Below are positions 9,772 through 20,074 of a DNA stretch of 45,862 nucleotides, piece after piece. The stretch comes from an uncultured Candidatus Saccharibacteria bacterium (GTDB lineage: Bacteria > Patescibacteriota > Dojkabacteria > SC72 > JAFGCJ01): NCBI GenBank assembly GCA_964508755.1, contig CAZDUZ010000003.1, positions 1 through 45,862 of the forward strand. Direction: 5' to 3'. Numbering within the stretch: position 1 is the stretch's first letter; every line of letters begins with the position of its first letter. The notes beneath the pieces are model-generated. The model was not told the origin of the DNA and did no database searches. It was given only the letters and a program-made list of their open reading frames with translations. The position numbers and the translations under genes are program-made.

Positions 9772-11628
9772 ATGGCAAAGAAAAGTTCCAACTCATCCTC
9801 TGACTCTAACGAGATGGATAAAAGTTTCAAAACAATTGTGAAGAATGCCACATGGGCTTATAAAACGATGTTCCGTTTTTCAAAGCGGGATACTCTATTT
9901 TACATACTCTCATCCATCCTAGTTTCTGTAGTCCCAATTATCTCTGCGTACCTAGTCGCTCGACTGTTGGATGAGATTATTACTCTTGCTGCCTCAGATA
10001 TTTCCTCGGTATTTACTCTTGAGATCACGTCTCCATTTTTCTTAACCCTCATGGGAGTTGCTTTTACATCATTTCTGAATCAAGTCATGATACAGCTAAA
10101 GCAATATATGTCTGAACGATTTGACCACTATCACCTGGAGCTATTCGAAGTTGAAATGCTATCTAAGATATCGACACTGGATATTATTCAATTTGAAGAT
10201 CCCGAGACATCAAACAATATTCGTAAAGCTCGAGACAACACCTACAAGTTATTTTACTTTGTAAGTAATTCTTCTCAGGTATTGGTAGATACAGTAACTT
10301 TAGTCGTATCAGGAGTAATAGCCTTTACAGCCTCACCATTAATTACAATCACGGTTGTAGTGCTTTCAATTCCAAACAGCCTTGTTTTCGCACGATTCAT
10401 TAGAGTTATTTGGAACTATTACAACAGCAGAGTTGAAAAAAATAGAATATTCTGGTGGATAATATGGGCACTGTCTGAAGAACGAGCAATGCCCGAACAC
10501 AAAGTGACAGCTTCAAACAAATATATTTCTCAGTTCAGTTATAATCTTAGAAAAGAATTACAAGACGAAGATATTCACTATCGTACAGATCGATTTACGG
10601 GATCAATATTCACAGCGCTTATTAGTTCAACTCTCTACATACTAACCCCGTTAACACTTATTTCGAAGATACTTGCAGGATCAATGACGATTGGTCAGTT
10701 TACCTTTGTGCAAGGAAGATTTTTTGAGTTTTCCAGCACACTAAACAACATGTTGGGAAGAGTGCTTGAGATGTTTGACGCAGGTTCATACCTTACCTAT
10801 CTTCGTAGAATCTATGAAATGGAACCAGCAATAATTTGCGGTTCTGAACAAATATCTACAAATCAAGCCCCCACGATTGAATTTCGTAACGTTTCATTCA
10901 AGTATCCCAAAGCGAAGAAATACGCTCTTAAAAACGTAAATTTTTCCATACAACCAGGTGAAGACATTGCTATTGTTGGAGAAAATGGAGCTGGGAAAAC
11001 CACCCTTATCAAGTTAATTTTGCGATTCTATGAACCTACTGAAGGCGAAATCCTCATTAATGGAAAGCCAATCGAATCTTTCAACATTGACCAGTATCAT
11101 GAACTTTTCGGTGCCCTATTCCAGGAGTTTAATATTTACGAACCGTTCTCCGTTAAGGAAAATATCATGATTGGTGATTATCAAGCAAAAGAAGACACTA
11201 AGCGAATTAAGGATGCAGCAATACAAGCGGATGCGCATGAATTCATAGAAAAATTGGAATATAAGTATGACACCAAACTTGCCAAACAGTTCAGTGGAGG
11301 TACCAATCTCTCTACAGGACAGACACAAAAAGTGGCACTCGCACGTATGTTTTATCGAAATAGACCAATCCTTATTCTTGATGAACCTACAGCCTCAATA
11401 GATGCAGAAGCAGAATACCGTATATTCAAACGCATCTACGAATTTACGAATAATAAAACAGTAATAATTATCTCCCACCGGTTTTCAACCGTACGGAATG
11501 CGAAGAAGATATTCGTCCTTCATCAAGGAGAAATTGTCGAAAAGGGATCTCATGAGGAATTGATGAAAAAGAATGGTAAATACGCAAAAGCGTTTAACCT
11601 GCAAGCTAAAGGATATCAGGGGAATTAA
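9772..11628 (+). CDS. ABC transporter, fused permease/ATP-binding (type I exporter, MsbA-like)
   Basis: 618 aa. N-terminal half has multiple TM helices. The C-terminal NBD has Walker A GENGAGKTT, signature variant LSTGQTQK, Walker B ILILDEPT and H-loop IIISHR. No C39 peptidase domain. Confidence 0.9.
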   Translation: MAKKSSNSSSDSNEMDKSFKTIVKNATWAYKTMFRFSKRDTLFYILSSILVSVVPIISAYLVARLLDEIITLAASDISSVFTLEITSPFFLTLMGVAFTSFLNQVMIQLKQYMSERFDHYHLELFEVEMLSKISTLDIIQFEDPETSNNIRKARDNTYKLFYFVSNSSQVLVDTVTLVVSGVIAFTASPLITITVVVLSIPNSLVFARFIRVIWNYYNSRVEKNRIFWWIIWALSEERAMPEHKVTASNKYISQFSYNLRKELQDEDIHYRTDRFTGSIFTALISSTLYILTPLTLISKILAGSMTIGQFTFVQGRFFEFSSTLNNMLGRVLEMFDAGSYLTYLRRIYEMEPAIICGSEQISTNQAPTIEFRNVSFKYPKAKKYALKNVNFSIQPGEDIAIVGENGAGKTTLIKLILRFYEPTEGEILINGKPIESFNIDQYHELFGALFQEFNIYEPFSVKENIMIGDYQAKEDTKRIKDAAIQADAHEFIEKLEYKYDTKLAKQFSGGTNLSTGQTQKVALARMFYRNRPILILDEPTASIDAEAEYRIFKRIYEFTNNKTVIIISHRFSTVRNAKKIFVLHQGEIVEKGSHEELMKKNGKYAKAFNLQAKGYQGN

Positions 11629-11632
11629 ATTC

Positions 11633-11664
11633 GGGTCTGTCCCCCAACGGGTCTGTCCCAGACC
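11633..11664. repeat. GC-rich repeat: two direct copies of GGGTCTGTCCC plus a small hairpin
   Basis: GGGTCTGTCCC at 11633..11643 and 11649..11659. GGTCTG-TCC-CAGACC can form a hairpin. Begins 5 nt after the ABC gene stop. Confidence 0.8.
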
Positions 11665-11862
11665 AACTAAGTACTTGTTACTACCTTACGTTACTTCTTG
11701 TAGTGAGAGTAAGAATAGGTTTACTGAAAAAGGAAATACATCAAAAAGCCGCCCCTATAGAACACTTTTTCACAGGTAAAAAACATAATCATCAAGTACT
11801 GATAATCATAGTTAACCTTCTTCAATAAATCATTAGCACCAGAAGCATTATTCATCATCAAT

Positions 11863-11906
11863 CCTGGGTCTGTCCCATACTGGGACTGACCCAGGGTACC
11901 CAGGGT
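11863..11906. repeat. GC-rich palindromic repeat (15-nt arms, one central mismatch) plus a tandem 9-mer
   Basis: CCTGGGTCTGTCCCA-TAC-TGGGACTGACCCAGG (11863..11895), followed by ACCCAGGGT repeated twice (11889..11906). Same 11-mer family as 11633, 11649, 33508, 33524, 33654 and 33670. Confidence 0.8.
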
Positions 11907-12094
11907 AAAACATGCTATAATCAGCCATCTCTTCAGAAGGGCGTTTGATTTTTTCAAAGTAGCTCAGTGGCTTTTCGAAGACTAGAGCGTCTGAAGTTGT
12001 ATGATAGTATTCTATCGTACAGCTTTGGGCGCTTTTTTGTTGCTTTCGTAAGTTTCAGATGAAACAGAAATACGTTCCAAGATAAAATTAAATT

Positions 12095-12601
12095 ATGAGC
12101 ATTACCAACATGGCAAACGAACAGCAATACAAATTGAAAACGCTTTACGTTGGTACCCGAGGTGTTGATGAATACCGGGAAAGTATTTCAACCTACATAC
12201 AGCCAAATGATAAGATTCTGGAAATTGGCTGCGAATGGGGTACAACTTCGGACTACCTGTATGCGAAATGCAAGAATCTTATCGCAACTGATATCAGTGC
12301 TGACTGTATCGATAAAGCACGGCAAATGAGACCAAATATCAGATTTGAAACGCTTGATGTTTTCGATATTAAACGGGCTATGAGTTTCGACGTTCCATTC
12401 AACAAAATGTATATCGACGTTTCGGGTCTTTCGGGATACCGCTCACTTCTTGATGTCATTTCGCTTCTAGAAATGTACGCGAGTGTATTTCCGCTCGAAG
12501 TGATTGTTATAAAAAGCGGATCGCTTAAGAATTTTGCTAAGCGGTGTGTCGCATGGAAGCCTGCACAACGAGATTTAAAACAAAACAATGCTCATGACTA
12601 A
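12095..12601 (+). CDS. class I SAM-dependent methyltransferase (small)
   Basis: 168 aa. Motif I-like ILEIGCEWGTT, followed by an acidic strand-2 residue (LIATDIS). Confidence 0.65.
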   Translation: MSITNMANEQQYKLKTLYVGTRGVDEYRESISTYIQPNDKILEIGCEWGTTSDYLYAKCKNLIATDISADCIDKARQMRPNIRFETLDVFDIKRAMSFDVPFNKMYIDVSGLSGYRSLLDVISLLEMYASVFPLEVIVIKSGSLKNFAKRCVAWKPAQRDLKQNNAHD

Positions 12602-12609
12602 AAATAGTC

Positions 12610-13254
12610 CTACCTTTTAAATCCTGTAAACACCAGACAATAATTAGGAGCGTTTATTTGATGAAGTTTTGTTTCTTGCACATCAACGGCAGAAAATCGT
12701 TTTTTAATACACCCGACTACCCTATCCCGATCAATCAATGCTGTATTTTTATCTCCACTTATAACTTTATCTGAAAACAGCGATAAAAATGATTTAATAT
12801 GTCCTGGTTGAATATCTTTGATGATTAGACAGGAGCGTTCATCACAGAGTCCTACGAGTTCGTCAAAGAAGGTCTCACGATCCTGCGAAGGTATATGATG
12901 GAGCACATCAGAAACGATTACATAATCCACAGGAGCATATTCCTCCCTCTCTCGGTACGTTGACATCGTGTGACCTGCGTATAACTCTACACGAGAACGA
13001 TTCTTCTCACTTATCATCCTTCCAATTTGGGGCGACGGGTCAATCATTCTTACCGAAAGCTTTGGATATGCGGATAGAATCTTCTCAATTATTTCCCCAT
13101 CTCCTCCCCCAATGTCCGCTACAATCGCCCCATCTTTAAATTCAGGGAGCTCAGAAACAAAAGCGTCCACATCAAGAAAAAAACGTCTATACATTCTGCC
13201 AACGGTATCAAATCGCTTGCCTAAAACTTTACGAGCAACTTTACCAATAGTCAT
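12610..13254 (-). CDS. class I SAM-dependent methyltransferase
   Basis: 214 aa. Motif I VADIGGGDGEI, motif II-like VRMIDPS, post-I/III block DYVIVSDVLHHIP. Confidence 0.8.
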   Translation of the reverse strand: MTIGKVARKVLGKRFDTVGRMYRRFFLDVDAFVSELPEFKDGAIVADIGGGDGEIIEKILSAYPKLSVRMIDPSPQIGRMISEKNRSRVELYAGHTMSTYREREEYAPVDYVIVSDVLHHIPSQDRETFFDELVGLCDERSCLIIKDIQPGHIKSFLSLFSDKVISGDKNTALIDRDRVVGCIKKRFSAVDVQETKLHQINAPNYCLVFTGFKR

Positions 13255-13403
13255 GTATGCGAGAGATTATTTTAATTCTATAACCATGCTCAAAATTTCA
13301 GTATTATTTGAACGACACAGAGAGATTTCATAATATTCTCATTCCAGATGAAATGCAGTATACCACGCGTCCATTTTGTACATGATATTGATATAATGAT
13401 CGT

Positions 13404-14345
13404 ATGCAAACAACATCAATAAAATCAGATACCGATATCACGTTATTCAACCATCAGAATTCTCTTCATTTTGGTCCTGGAGGAGTACCTCTTTCAACCC
13501 GCATCATTTCCGACAATGGCAATAAGCTGGATCAACGCAATTCAGGTCTTCACCGTCTAGAAGAGATGAACCTTAATCTTATGGAAATTGAATTTGTGCA
13601 TGGTGTACGTATTTCGGAATTAGCGGCATCATCGCTCGGGAAAAAAGCTAAAGAAAAAGGCATAGACCTAACCGTTCATGGTCCCTACTACATCAACCTC
13701 GCATCTTCCGACCCTGCTATTTATCACGCAAGTATTGGTCGTGTCCAAAAGACAATCGAAGCAGCTCTGTGGATGGGAGCTAAATCACTGACCTTTCATG
13801 CTGGTTTTTATCAGAAACGAACGCAAGAAGAAACCACCAGCGTTATAGAAGAAGCTCTTTACAAATGCGTCACAGAATCTGAGTTTCTCACGATTGATCC
13901 CGAACAACGCCCCCTCATTTCAATTGAAACCACCGGTAAACCATCTCAATGGGGTTCACTAGATGAAATACTTGAAGTCGCGAAAACGCTAAATCAGAAG
14001 CTAAGCGCAAATATCTTTTCCGTTTGCGTTGATTTCGCCCACATATATGCACGATCAGGCGGCAATTGGAACTCACCTGAAGAATTTACTGAAATACTGA
14101 ACAAAGTACAAAAAATGCTTGGCGTAAAAGCTTTACATCGACTCCACATGCATGTTTCAGGAATCGAGTACACCCCGAAAGGCGAAAGAAAACACCTTAC
14201 TTTCGCAACATCGGAATTCAAGTACAAAGATCTCCTGAGAGCGTTGCATGAGAAACAAGTAAGCGGATGGCTCGTTTGTGAAAGTCCCATACTGGAAGAT
14301 GACGCAGTGCTGTTAAGGGACGAATACAATCGCATTTCTGAATAG
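13404..14345 (+). CDS. endonuclease IV-like AP endonuclease family 2 / xylose-isomerase-like TIM barrel protein
   Basis: 313 aa. Ordered blocks HGPYYINLAS, LTFHAGFY, IETTGK, VDFAHIYA, HMHVSG and LVCESP parallel the Nfo blocks HAPYLINLAS, VxHPG, ENTAG, CxDTCH and HLNDS. Confidence 0.65.
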   Translation: MQTTSIKSDTDITLFNHQNSLHFGPGGVPLSTRIISDNGNKLDQRNSGLHRLEEMNLNLMEIEFVHGVRISELAASSLGKKAKEKGIDLTVHGPYYINLASSDPAIYHASIGRVQKTIEAALWMGAKSLTFHAGFYQKRTQEETTSVIEEALYKCVTESEFLTIDPEQRPLISIETTGKPSQWGSLDEILEVAKTLNQKLSANIFSVCVDFAHIYARSGGNWNSPEEFTEILNKVQKMLGVKALHRLHMHVSGIEYTPKGERKHLTFATSEFKYKDLLRALHEKQVSGWLVCESPILEDDAVLLRDEYNRISE

Positions 14346-14500
14346 TTTCTCAGATTGATAGTATAAGAGAACATCATCTAGAAAGTTCTTGTCGTTTTCC
14401 ACATCTCACTTACGTTAATAATGCATGCTAATAATAATCGGCATTACTATTAGCGAGTGACAACCTCTCTTAGCTACAATGGATCAAGACCTTCATTCGA

Positions 14501-17500
14501 TTAACGAGTAACGGTAATGGTAGAAAGAACTGAATTTCCTCCGATATCCCCAAACTCCAAGAAGTATGCTTGTGCACTACCGGCGGAGAATTCCCCACCA
14601 TACGCTGCAACCACAGGATACTCAAAGACATATGTCTTACCACCCTCAACGGCATACTGAGTAAAAGTGACTCTATCAAGAGCAACGCTACCATATCGGT
14701 TAACCATATCCCGCTGTCCCCACTTCCACCAACGGCTGTAGAAGTCGTAATTGAAAGCTCCTAATTCGTAACGAATCGGTTCAAAGCCGGATGGGATAAC
14801 ATCTGTCACCACTAAATTCGATCCATCCCTGTCAGGAGTAACTTCTGTCCTTACCATAACAACATCACCTTTACTTACGCTCGTTAACTGTCGTTTAGTA
14901 TTGAAATCAATAACATGCCTCTTCACAGAAAATTCATTATCTTGAGATAACGTTTCGCTAGTAGAAGTTAACGTTGCAACGGCATATATCACTCCACCCC
15001 CCTCCAACTCTAGTTTCACCACGTTTTCACCGACCTTAAGGTATGACGAATTCACGACAAGACGAGTTGTTTCAGCAGAACCTTTTTCACCAGCGATTTC
15101 AACGTTTTTTACAAGATCACCATTAACAATTACACTGACGATTCCACTATCCTGTCGCTCATCAAGTCCGTCAAGACTTGCTTTTCCTAACGCCTGAAGA
15201 ACCGTTACTTTTTCATATGAATTGCTGCAACCAGATAGTCCTTCAGATACCAGCCAATTAATGGTTTTCTTATAAAGATCGTTCTCTGAAAACGGATACA
15301 GTGCATCCGCAACAATTGCCGTTACATATGATGTACTAAAACCTGAGGAAACAGTAGAGTTCGAATCATTCCAGCTGGCTCCTCTTTGAGATATTTGAGC
15401 TCGCTCAAACAATAGCGGGATTAATTCTCCGGCATCCCCAATACTTCCGAATTCTTCAAGAGTACGCATAAGATTTGCAATCATAATCGAAGAGAGTTCC
15501 TCATCCGAACCTATCTCAAGTAGTCTCTTTTTCATGACAAGCATTGTAGGGATAGAATTCCTACTATCAAGCAATGCCAACACATACATTGAGTAAACAC
15601 GTTGTTCAAGACTCAGGTCCTCTCGGACCATTCCCTCAAGCAACACCTGTTCAATTGCATCTATTCTATCTACGTTTACTTCAATTCCTGATTTTTTTGC
15701 TTCTGCTACTGCGTTGGCAGCGTAGATAGTCGCGTCATAATTAATCACATCATAATCAAACCATCCAAATCCACCGGTCTCCGATTGATTTTCAAAGAGG
15801 AGTTCAAGAAAGTTCTTAACCCTACTCTCGATCTCAAGCTCAGACAGTGACGGAGAGATTTCATCGTAATGTTTATAGAGGAAGGCGTTCTGGATAATCG
15901 CTCCTGAAAGATCGTAGGTTGATTTCACCGTAGGATCATAAGGGAATAGATCATCTTCTGACATGAAACCGCGCGAAAGCGTTACAACAAGATTACTTCT
16001 GTTCACTGATGCGCCACGCTCAACGCTGAATTCCATACCCTGCTCCTTTGCGCTTTCGTTCAATAGTACCGACTGTGAGGTACTTACCTCAAAACCATTG
16101 TTCAATACAGGGATATCAACTTCTAATGCATCCATTACTGTTCCGCCGACAATTAAAGCAGAGTCTAACGAAATTAATGTGCTCTCTCCTGATGGTGTTA
16201 TTGAAAGTGCGATCTCACCTCGTGAATCTTTGGTTTGGCGCACCGCGACATTGTACTGAGGTACCTCACACCCTTCACAGTTTACTGAGACAGTTCCTGA
16301 AAGGTCAGATGTAGAGTAATTTGCGATACCAATCTCAAGAACAAAGGTATCGCCGCTTCGAATAAATGCTGGTGGTTTTGTTTCTATTCGAACATCTTTA
16401 CTAACAATAAAATCAAGCATGCCCTTTCCGGCTTTCGTTTCTTCAGATATTGCATGTGCTCGTACCGTCCAGGTGGTAAGGTTATCTGGCAGTTTGAAAG
16501 AAACTGTTGCTTTTCCATCCTTATCGGTTTGTACCTTTCCGTTCCAGTAGGCGGTGTCTCGAAAATCCGTACGCGGTGCATTTTCACCACCCCCACCACC
16601 TCCACCGGAATTTCCCGAATACTCATAATCAAACGGAAAACCCATCTGATAGACTCGCTGCCTTACAATTGTATAAAAGGAATCATAGATATTCTTTTGA
16701 AGTGTTACATCTCCAGAATTCTTTTCATATATATCGATGAGTGCTTTATCAACTACCGACACAGCAACTTCAGCCTTAACTCCCTTACCGGAACTATCCG
16801 TGATATCAAAATACAGATTTGCATCTTCGCCTGGTTCAAATGAGGGTTTACTGGTGCGTACATTCACTTGTAGCCGACCTCTGTCTTCCTGAACAGTAAG
16901 CGGAATACAATTGCTTCGAAGGATGTTTGAGAGGTAAACATTTTGAGTTGTTATTCCATTTCCGGTCATTGATTGGTATTCATCGACCCCCCAGACACAG
17001 ACCTCGATATATGGTGACATTCCGGAACCGATCTCCTGCTGAATCTCAACAAAACCGGAGGTTAAATCAAGCATACGCCAGCTCATTACTTCGCCTCGGC
17101 GTACCAGATACACCCCATTTCCATCGAGGGTGGTTTTTACTGCAATGGTCGCTGTTTCTCCGGGTACATACGACTCTTTATCAGTATAGATCTTCAATTT
17201 ATCACTCGCATTGTTCCAGTCACTATAGACATACTCATCATCGGACGGAGGAGTGTAAACATAAAATACATATGCAAAACGTCTCATATACTGACTTGTA
17301 CCATGATAGAAATCAGCAGTGACCGTATACGAGCCATGTTTAAGATCGCTCATGGTAATCTCCGCCATACCCTGTGCATCAGTAGTAAGCTCTTTATCAT
17401 AGAGTACATCTGAATGTACCGTAGATGCACTATAAATCGGCTTATTAGCCTTCGTAACGGGATCATAATACGTCTGTCCACTTTCCTCCCATTCCGTCCA

Positions 17501-20044
17501 CGACCGTCTTACGCTGTATTTAACCCTCACTCCACCCTCTGGTTCGAGATCCCAGATCCGAGCGGTCTTAAATTGAATTTTATTTCCATCATCTTCCTGG
17601 ACCGATGTTTCTGATGCCTTCACAAATAATCCGTGAGTCGATTCCGCAACAGTTACTCTTTTCGAATCTAATTCCGTGTAATTTTCTTGAGACCATAAAG
17701 TTATTCGATACGTAACGAAACCGTTTTGGTAAGCATACAAGGAAAGAGGTATTTCTATCTCAGTATGTCCTTGCGGATCGAGCGTTACAATTTCATGTAA
17801 CACGGTATTCGTTGATCCCCACGGTAAACCCTGTAAGTCCTCAGAAGATTCAGCCCACGAGACCTCTGTGTTATGTATATTGTAAATCTGTACAACTGAA
17901 AGACCGACACTTTGCTCTGATGCCGGATCTCCTGAATAGTCTTTCCCGGTAATAGTAACTTTTAACTTTTCTCCAGCAAATGCTCGTGTTTTATCAACTG
18001 ATAGATTGTAAGAATACAAAGGCTTTTCATATTCAGAAACTACAATAGTACTGCCTCCCACAGATTTCCCATCAACATACACTGAAAGATTGTGCGTTCC
18101 CGTCGGAATATTTCCAGGTAACGAAATACTTCCCGATACAGTGCCAAAATCTTTTGAAACTTCGAATGTTTCCTCATAATACGGAAGCTGAGCAAGACCA
18201 TACCACCAGTATGATTTATCCCCAAGTCGTACCGTCACTACTCTTTTTTCTGGAATTGAATAGTTCATATCAATTTCTTTTCTAAGGATCGCGTTAAAAT
18301 TCAACGTATCTCCCGCTTTGTATAAAGGCCTATCCGTTAAAACGAATGCACGGTGGGTTAGATCCGTCCCATCATCAAAAACTTCACTTGAATACCATTC
18401 ATGCTTAATCTTTGAACCGCCAACGACATAGTTGCCTGCATAGGAAATAATTGCGAAATCAACATCTGAGCTGTTCATTCTGAAATATCCATTACTGTCA
18501 GTCTTACCAGAACCAATGGCCTGAGAAGTGCCTTTAAGGTCATAGTAAACCACATCCGCACCACCAACAGGCTTCTTCGTGTTCATATCAAACACCCACG
18601 TTTGAGCTGCACTTATGGACTCTGAGTACACCGCACCTAAGGGTGAAAATACCAGATACTTATAGATAGAACGTCCATAAGAGGAATTGTTTGCCTCTAG
18701 GAGGTATATACCATAACCGTCCAGATCAATTTCGAAAAAGTTTGCCTGCTGGGGAGTCAACGAGAATTCACGCACAGCCTCGCCGAGAGAAGACGGCTTC
18801 TCATTAAGACTCCATCGGTAATTACGCATAGAGGCAAGAAGGTCATCTTTATCAGCCTGATATAAAGTAAACGTAATTGGACCCGTCAGTTCATAGGACC
18901 GTATACCAATCCACGGCTCACGAGTGGTTGATATTATCGGAGAACTATCAGACCAGCTCATTGATGGATGAGGGAGGTACTTCTCATCACTTGTTTGATA
19001 CCCCACTTTGAAGCGAGAAGTAGCACCTGAGGAAATACCTTCACCTTTACTATTATTAAAACCTTCTCTAACGGTTACCTTGTATTCTGTTCCCGGAACA
19101 AGATTTGAGGAAGGAAGAAATATAATCTTTTTGTTATATTGCTCAAAACGCCCAGCAATAGCAGGTTCAACGGTAAAGTAATCCTGAAAGGTCACAATAT
19201 CAATATCTTTATGAGTAAATTCTACTTCTATCGAGGTATCGACAGGAGCAGTTGTCGAACCATCGCGTGGTGTAATTCCGGTAACCGCAAATACGGGTTC
19301 CGTCCAAAATACCCAGGCATAGTCCCTCGGCAACGAACTTCCATCATTAAACATCGTGCCTTTGCGAAGTGTGACCGTGTACTCGGTGTCAGGCTTCAAT
19401 TCTTCCAAGGGCTTTACTATCAGTGACTTTAAGTCGCTTGAAACCTCTATATCGGCTGGTACATCGGGAGATATAGATACTTTATTTACAAGACCGAGAG
19501 AGCGAAACGCCTCCCCACTCGCAACTGTAATAGTAAATATACCTTCCTCCGTAGCAACTCCATATTCACTTTCTGATGACTTAGCAAGAGAAATTACAGG
19601 GGTAGACTGTTCAGACATATTCCTCAAAATGGGTATATCAGTACCTCGAAAATACACAAGCCCAAAGGCGGTTGCTCCAAAAAGAACAATCATTAAGGTC
19701 ATCGATCCCGCCCCCATCGCTAACCACTGGCTTCGTGATCTACCTTTCAGGAATGCAAAGATCGATGAAAGTTTAAAACCAGAACGGTTTCTTTCTTTCT
19801 CAGAAATATTCCTCAGTCCCTCCGCTGTCGAGTGCGATCCTTGCGAATCTAGTCTTTGCGCCAATTTATAATCAATACGGGAAAGAAGCAGGTCACGATC
19901 AATATTGCTTTGCGTATGTTTTCTTGCTTTTTTAATACTTCGAAATAAGGATTTCACACGCATTTCAGCATGTTTGAACCCTTTCTCCCGAAGAAGGCCT
20001 TTTTGCAAGTTTTTATTAGAATGTTCTCTTTCAGTTCCTTTCAT
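14501..20044 (-). CDS. alpha-2-macroglobulin family protein, membrane-anchored, apparently thioester-less
   Basis: 1847 aa. Basic cytoplasmic N-terminus (aa 1-106), one TM helix (about aa 107-132) and Ig-like (SbsA/Big_5-type) repeats. Gly7 bait-like linker, then RTDFRDTAYWNGKVQTDKDGKATVSFKLPDNLTTWTVRAHA (A2M hallmark). Alpha-helical TED-like region (QSETGGFGWFD). No CxEQ thioester motif where expected (FPYDPTVKSTYDLSG). Confidence 0.85.
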   Translation of the reverse strand: MKGTEREHSNKNLQKGLLREKGFKHAEMRVKSLFRSIKKARKHTQSNIDRDLLLSRIDYKLAQRLDSQGSHSTAEGLRNISEKERNRSGFKLSSIFAFLKGRSRSQWLAMGAGSMTLMIVLFGATAFGLVYFRGTDIPILRNMSEQSTPVISLAKSSESEYGVATEEGIFTITVASGEAFRSLGLVNKVSISPDVPADIEVSSDLKSLIVKPLEELKPDTEYTVTLRKGTMFNDGSSLPRDYAWVFWTEPVFAVTGITPRDGSTTAPVDTSIEVEFTHKDIDIVTFQDYFTVEPAIAGRFEQYNKKIIFLPSSNLVPGTEYKVTVREGFNNSKGEGISSGATSRFKVGYQTSDEKYLPHPSMSWSDSSPIISTTREPWIGIRSYELTGPITFTLYQADKDDLLASMRNYRWSLNEKPSSLGEAVREFSLTPQQANFFEIDLDGYGIYLLEANNSSYGRSIYKYLVFSPLGAVYSESISAAQTWVFDMNTKKPVGGADVVYYDLKGTSQAIGSGKTDSNGYFRMNSSDVDFAIISYAGNYVVGGSKIKHEWYSSEVFDDGTDLTHRAFVLTDRPLYKAGDTLNFNAILRKEIDMNYSIPEKRVVTVRLGDKSYWWYGLAQLPYYEETFEVSKDFGTVSGSISLPGNIPTGTHNLSVYVDGKSVGGSTIVVSEYEKPLYSYNLSVDKTRAFAGEKLKVTITGKDYSGDPASEQSVGLSVVQIYNIHNTEVSWAESSEDLQGLPWGSTNTVLHEIVTLDPQGHTEIEIPLSLYAYQNGFVTYRITLWSQENYTELDSKRVTVAESTHGLFVKASETSVQEDDGNKIQFKTARIWDLEPEGGVRVKYSVRRSWTEWEESGQTYYDPVTKANKPIYSASTVHSDVLYDKELTTDAQGMAEITMSDLKHGSYTVTADFYHGTSQYMRRFAYVFYVYTPPSDDEYVYSDWNNASDKLKIYTDKESYVPGETATIAVKTTLDGNGVYLVRRGEVMSWRMLDLTSGFVEIQQEIGSGMSPYIEVCVWGVDEYQSMTGNGITTQNVYLSNILRSNCIPLTVQEDRGRLQVNVRTSKPSFEPGEDANLYFDITDSSGKGVKAEVAVSVVDKALIDIYEKNSGDVTLQKNIYDSFYTIVRQRVYQMGFPFDYEYSGNSGGGGGGGENAPRTDFRDTAYWNGKVQTDKDGKATVSFKLPDNLTTWTVRAHAISEETKAGKGMLDFIVSKDVRIETKPPAFIRSGDTFVLEIGIANYSTSDLSGTVSVNCEGCEVPQYNVAVRQTKDSRGEIALSITPSGESTLISLDSALIVGGTVMDALEVDIPVLNNGFEVSTSQSVLLNESAKEQGMEFSVERGASVNRSNLVVTLSRGFMSEDDLFPYDPTVKSTYDLSGAIIQNAFLYKHYDEISPSLSELEIESRVKNFLELLFENQSETGGFGWFDYDVINYDATIYAANAVAEAKKSGIEVNVDRIDAIEQVLLEGMVREDLSLEQRVYSMYVLALLDSRNSIPTMLVMKKRLLEIGSDEELSSIMIANLMRTLEEFGSIGDAGELIPLLFERAQISQRGASWNDSNSTVSSGFSTSYVTAIVADALYPFSENDLYKKTINWLVSEGLSGCSNSYEKVTVLQALGKASLDGLDERQDSGIVSVIVNGDLVKNVEIAGEKGSAETTRLVVNSSYLKVGENVVKLELEGGGVIYAVATLTSTSETLSQDNEFSVKRHVIDFNTKRQLTSVSKGDVVMVRTEVTPDRDGSNLVVTDVIPSGFEPIRYELGAFNYDFYSRWWKWGQRDMVNRYGSVALDRVTFTQYAVEGGKTYVFEYPVVAAYGGEFSAGSAQAYFLEFGDIGGNSVLSTITVTR

Positions 20045-20074
20045 ACATTGTGCAATACATTTGAAACAGTATCA

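Noticed and set aside
11721-11957. 78-aa minus-strand ORF with a signal-peptide-like N-terminus (MKKSNALLKRWLIIACFTLGTLG)
   Set aside because: It has a TTG start and no recognisable ribosome-binding site. Its N-terminal third is encoded by the palindromic GGGWCWGWCCC repeat and the tandem 9-mer, so the open frame is most likely a by-product of the repeat. A small secreted peptide cannot be fully excluded.
11959-12000. tRNA-like D-arm string GTAGCTCAGTGG ... GAGC
   Set aside because: The would-be D-loop is about 19 nt. No anticodon stem, T-arm (GTTCGAATC-like) or acceptor pairing follows, so there is no cloverleaf.
14284-14295. 12-mer GTCCCATACTGG shared between the endonuclease IV-like CDS and the palindrome loop region at 11872..11883
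   Set aside because: It sits in frame within a conserved coding block (CESPILED) without the flanking GGG/CCC arms. I treat it as coincidence unless a genome-wide search says otherwise.
15963-19871. Numerous + strand ORFs antisense to the 1847-aa gene (for example 16454..16843, 16927..17322, 19356..19871)
   Set aside because: All are nested in the continuous 5.5-kb minus-strand reading frame that carries clear alpha-2-macroglobulin motifs. No independent motifs were seen.
14501-20044. Thioester (CxEQ) site in the alpha-2-macroglobulin-like protein
   Set aside because: I looked for it at the start of the TED-like region. The aligned position reads FPYDPTVKSTYDLSG and no CxEQ occurs anywhere in the protein, so I do not annotate a thioester.
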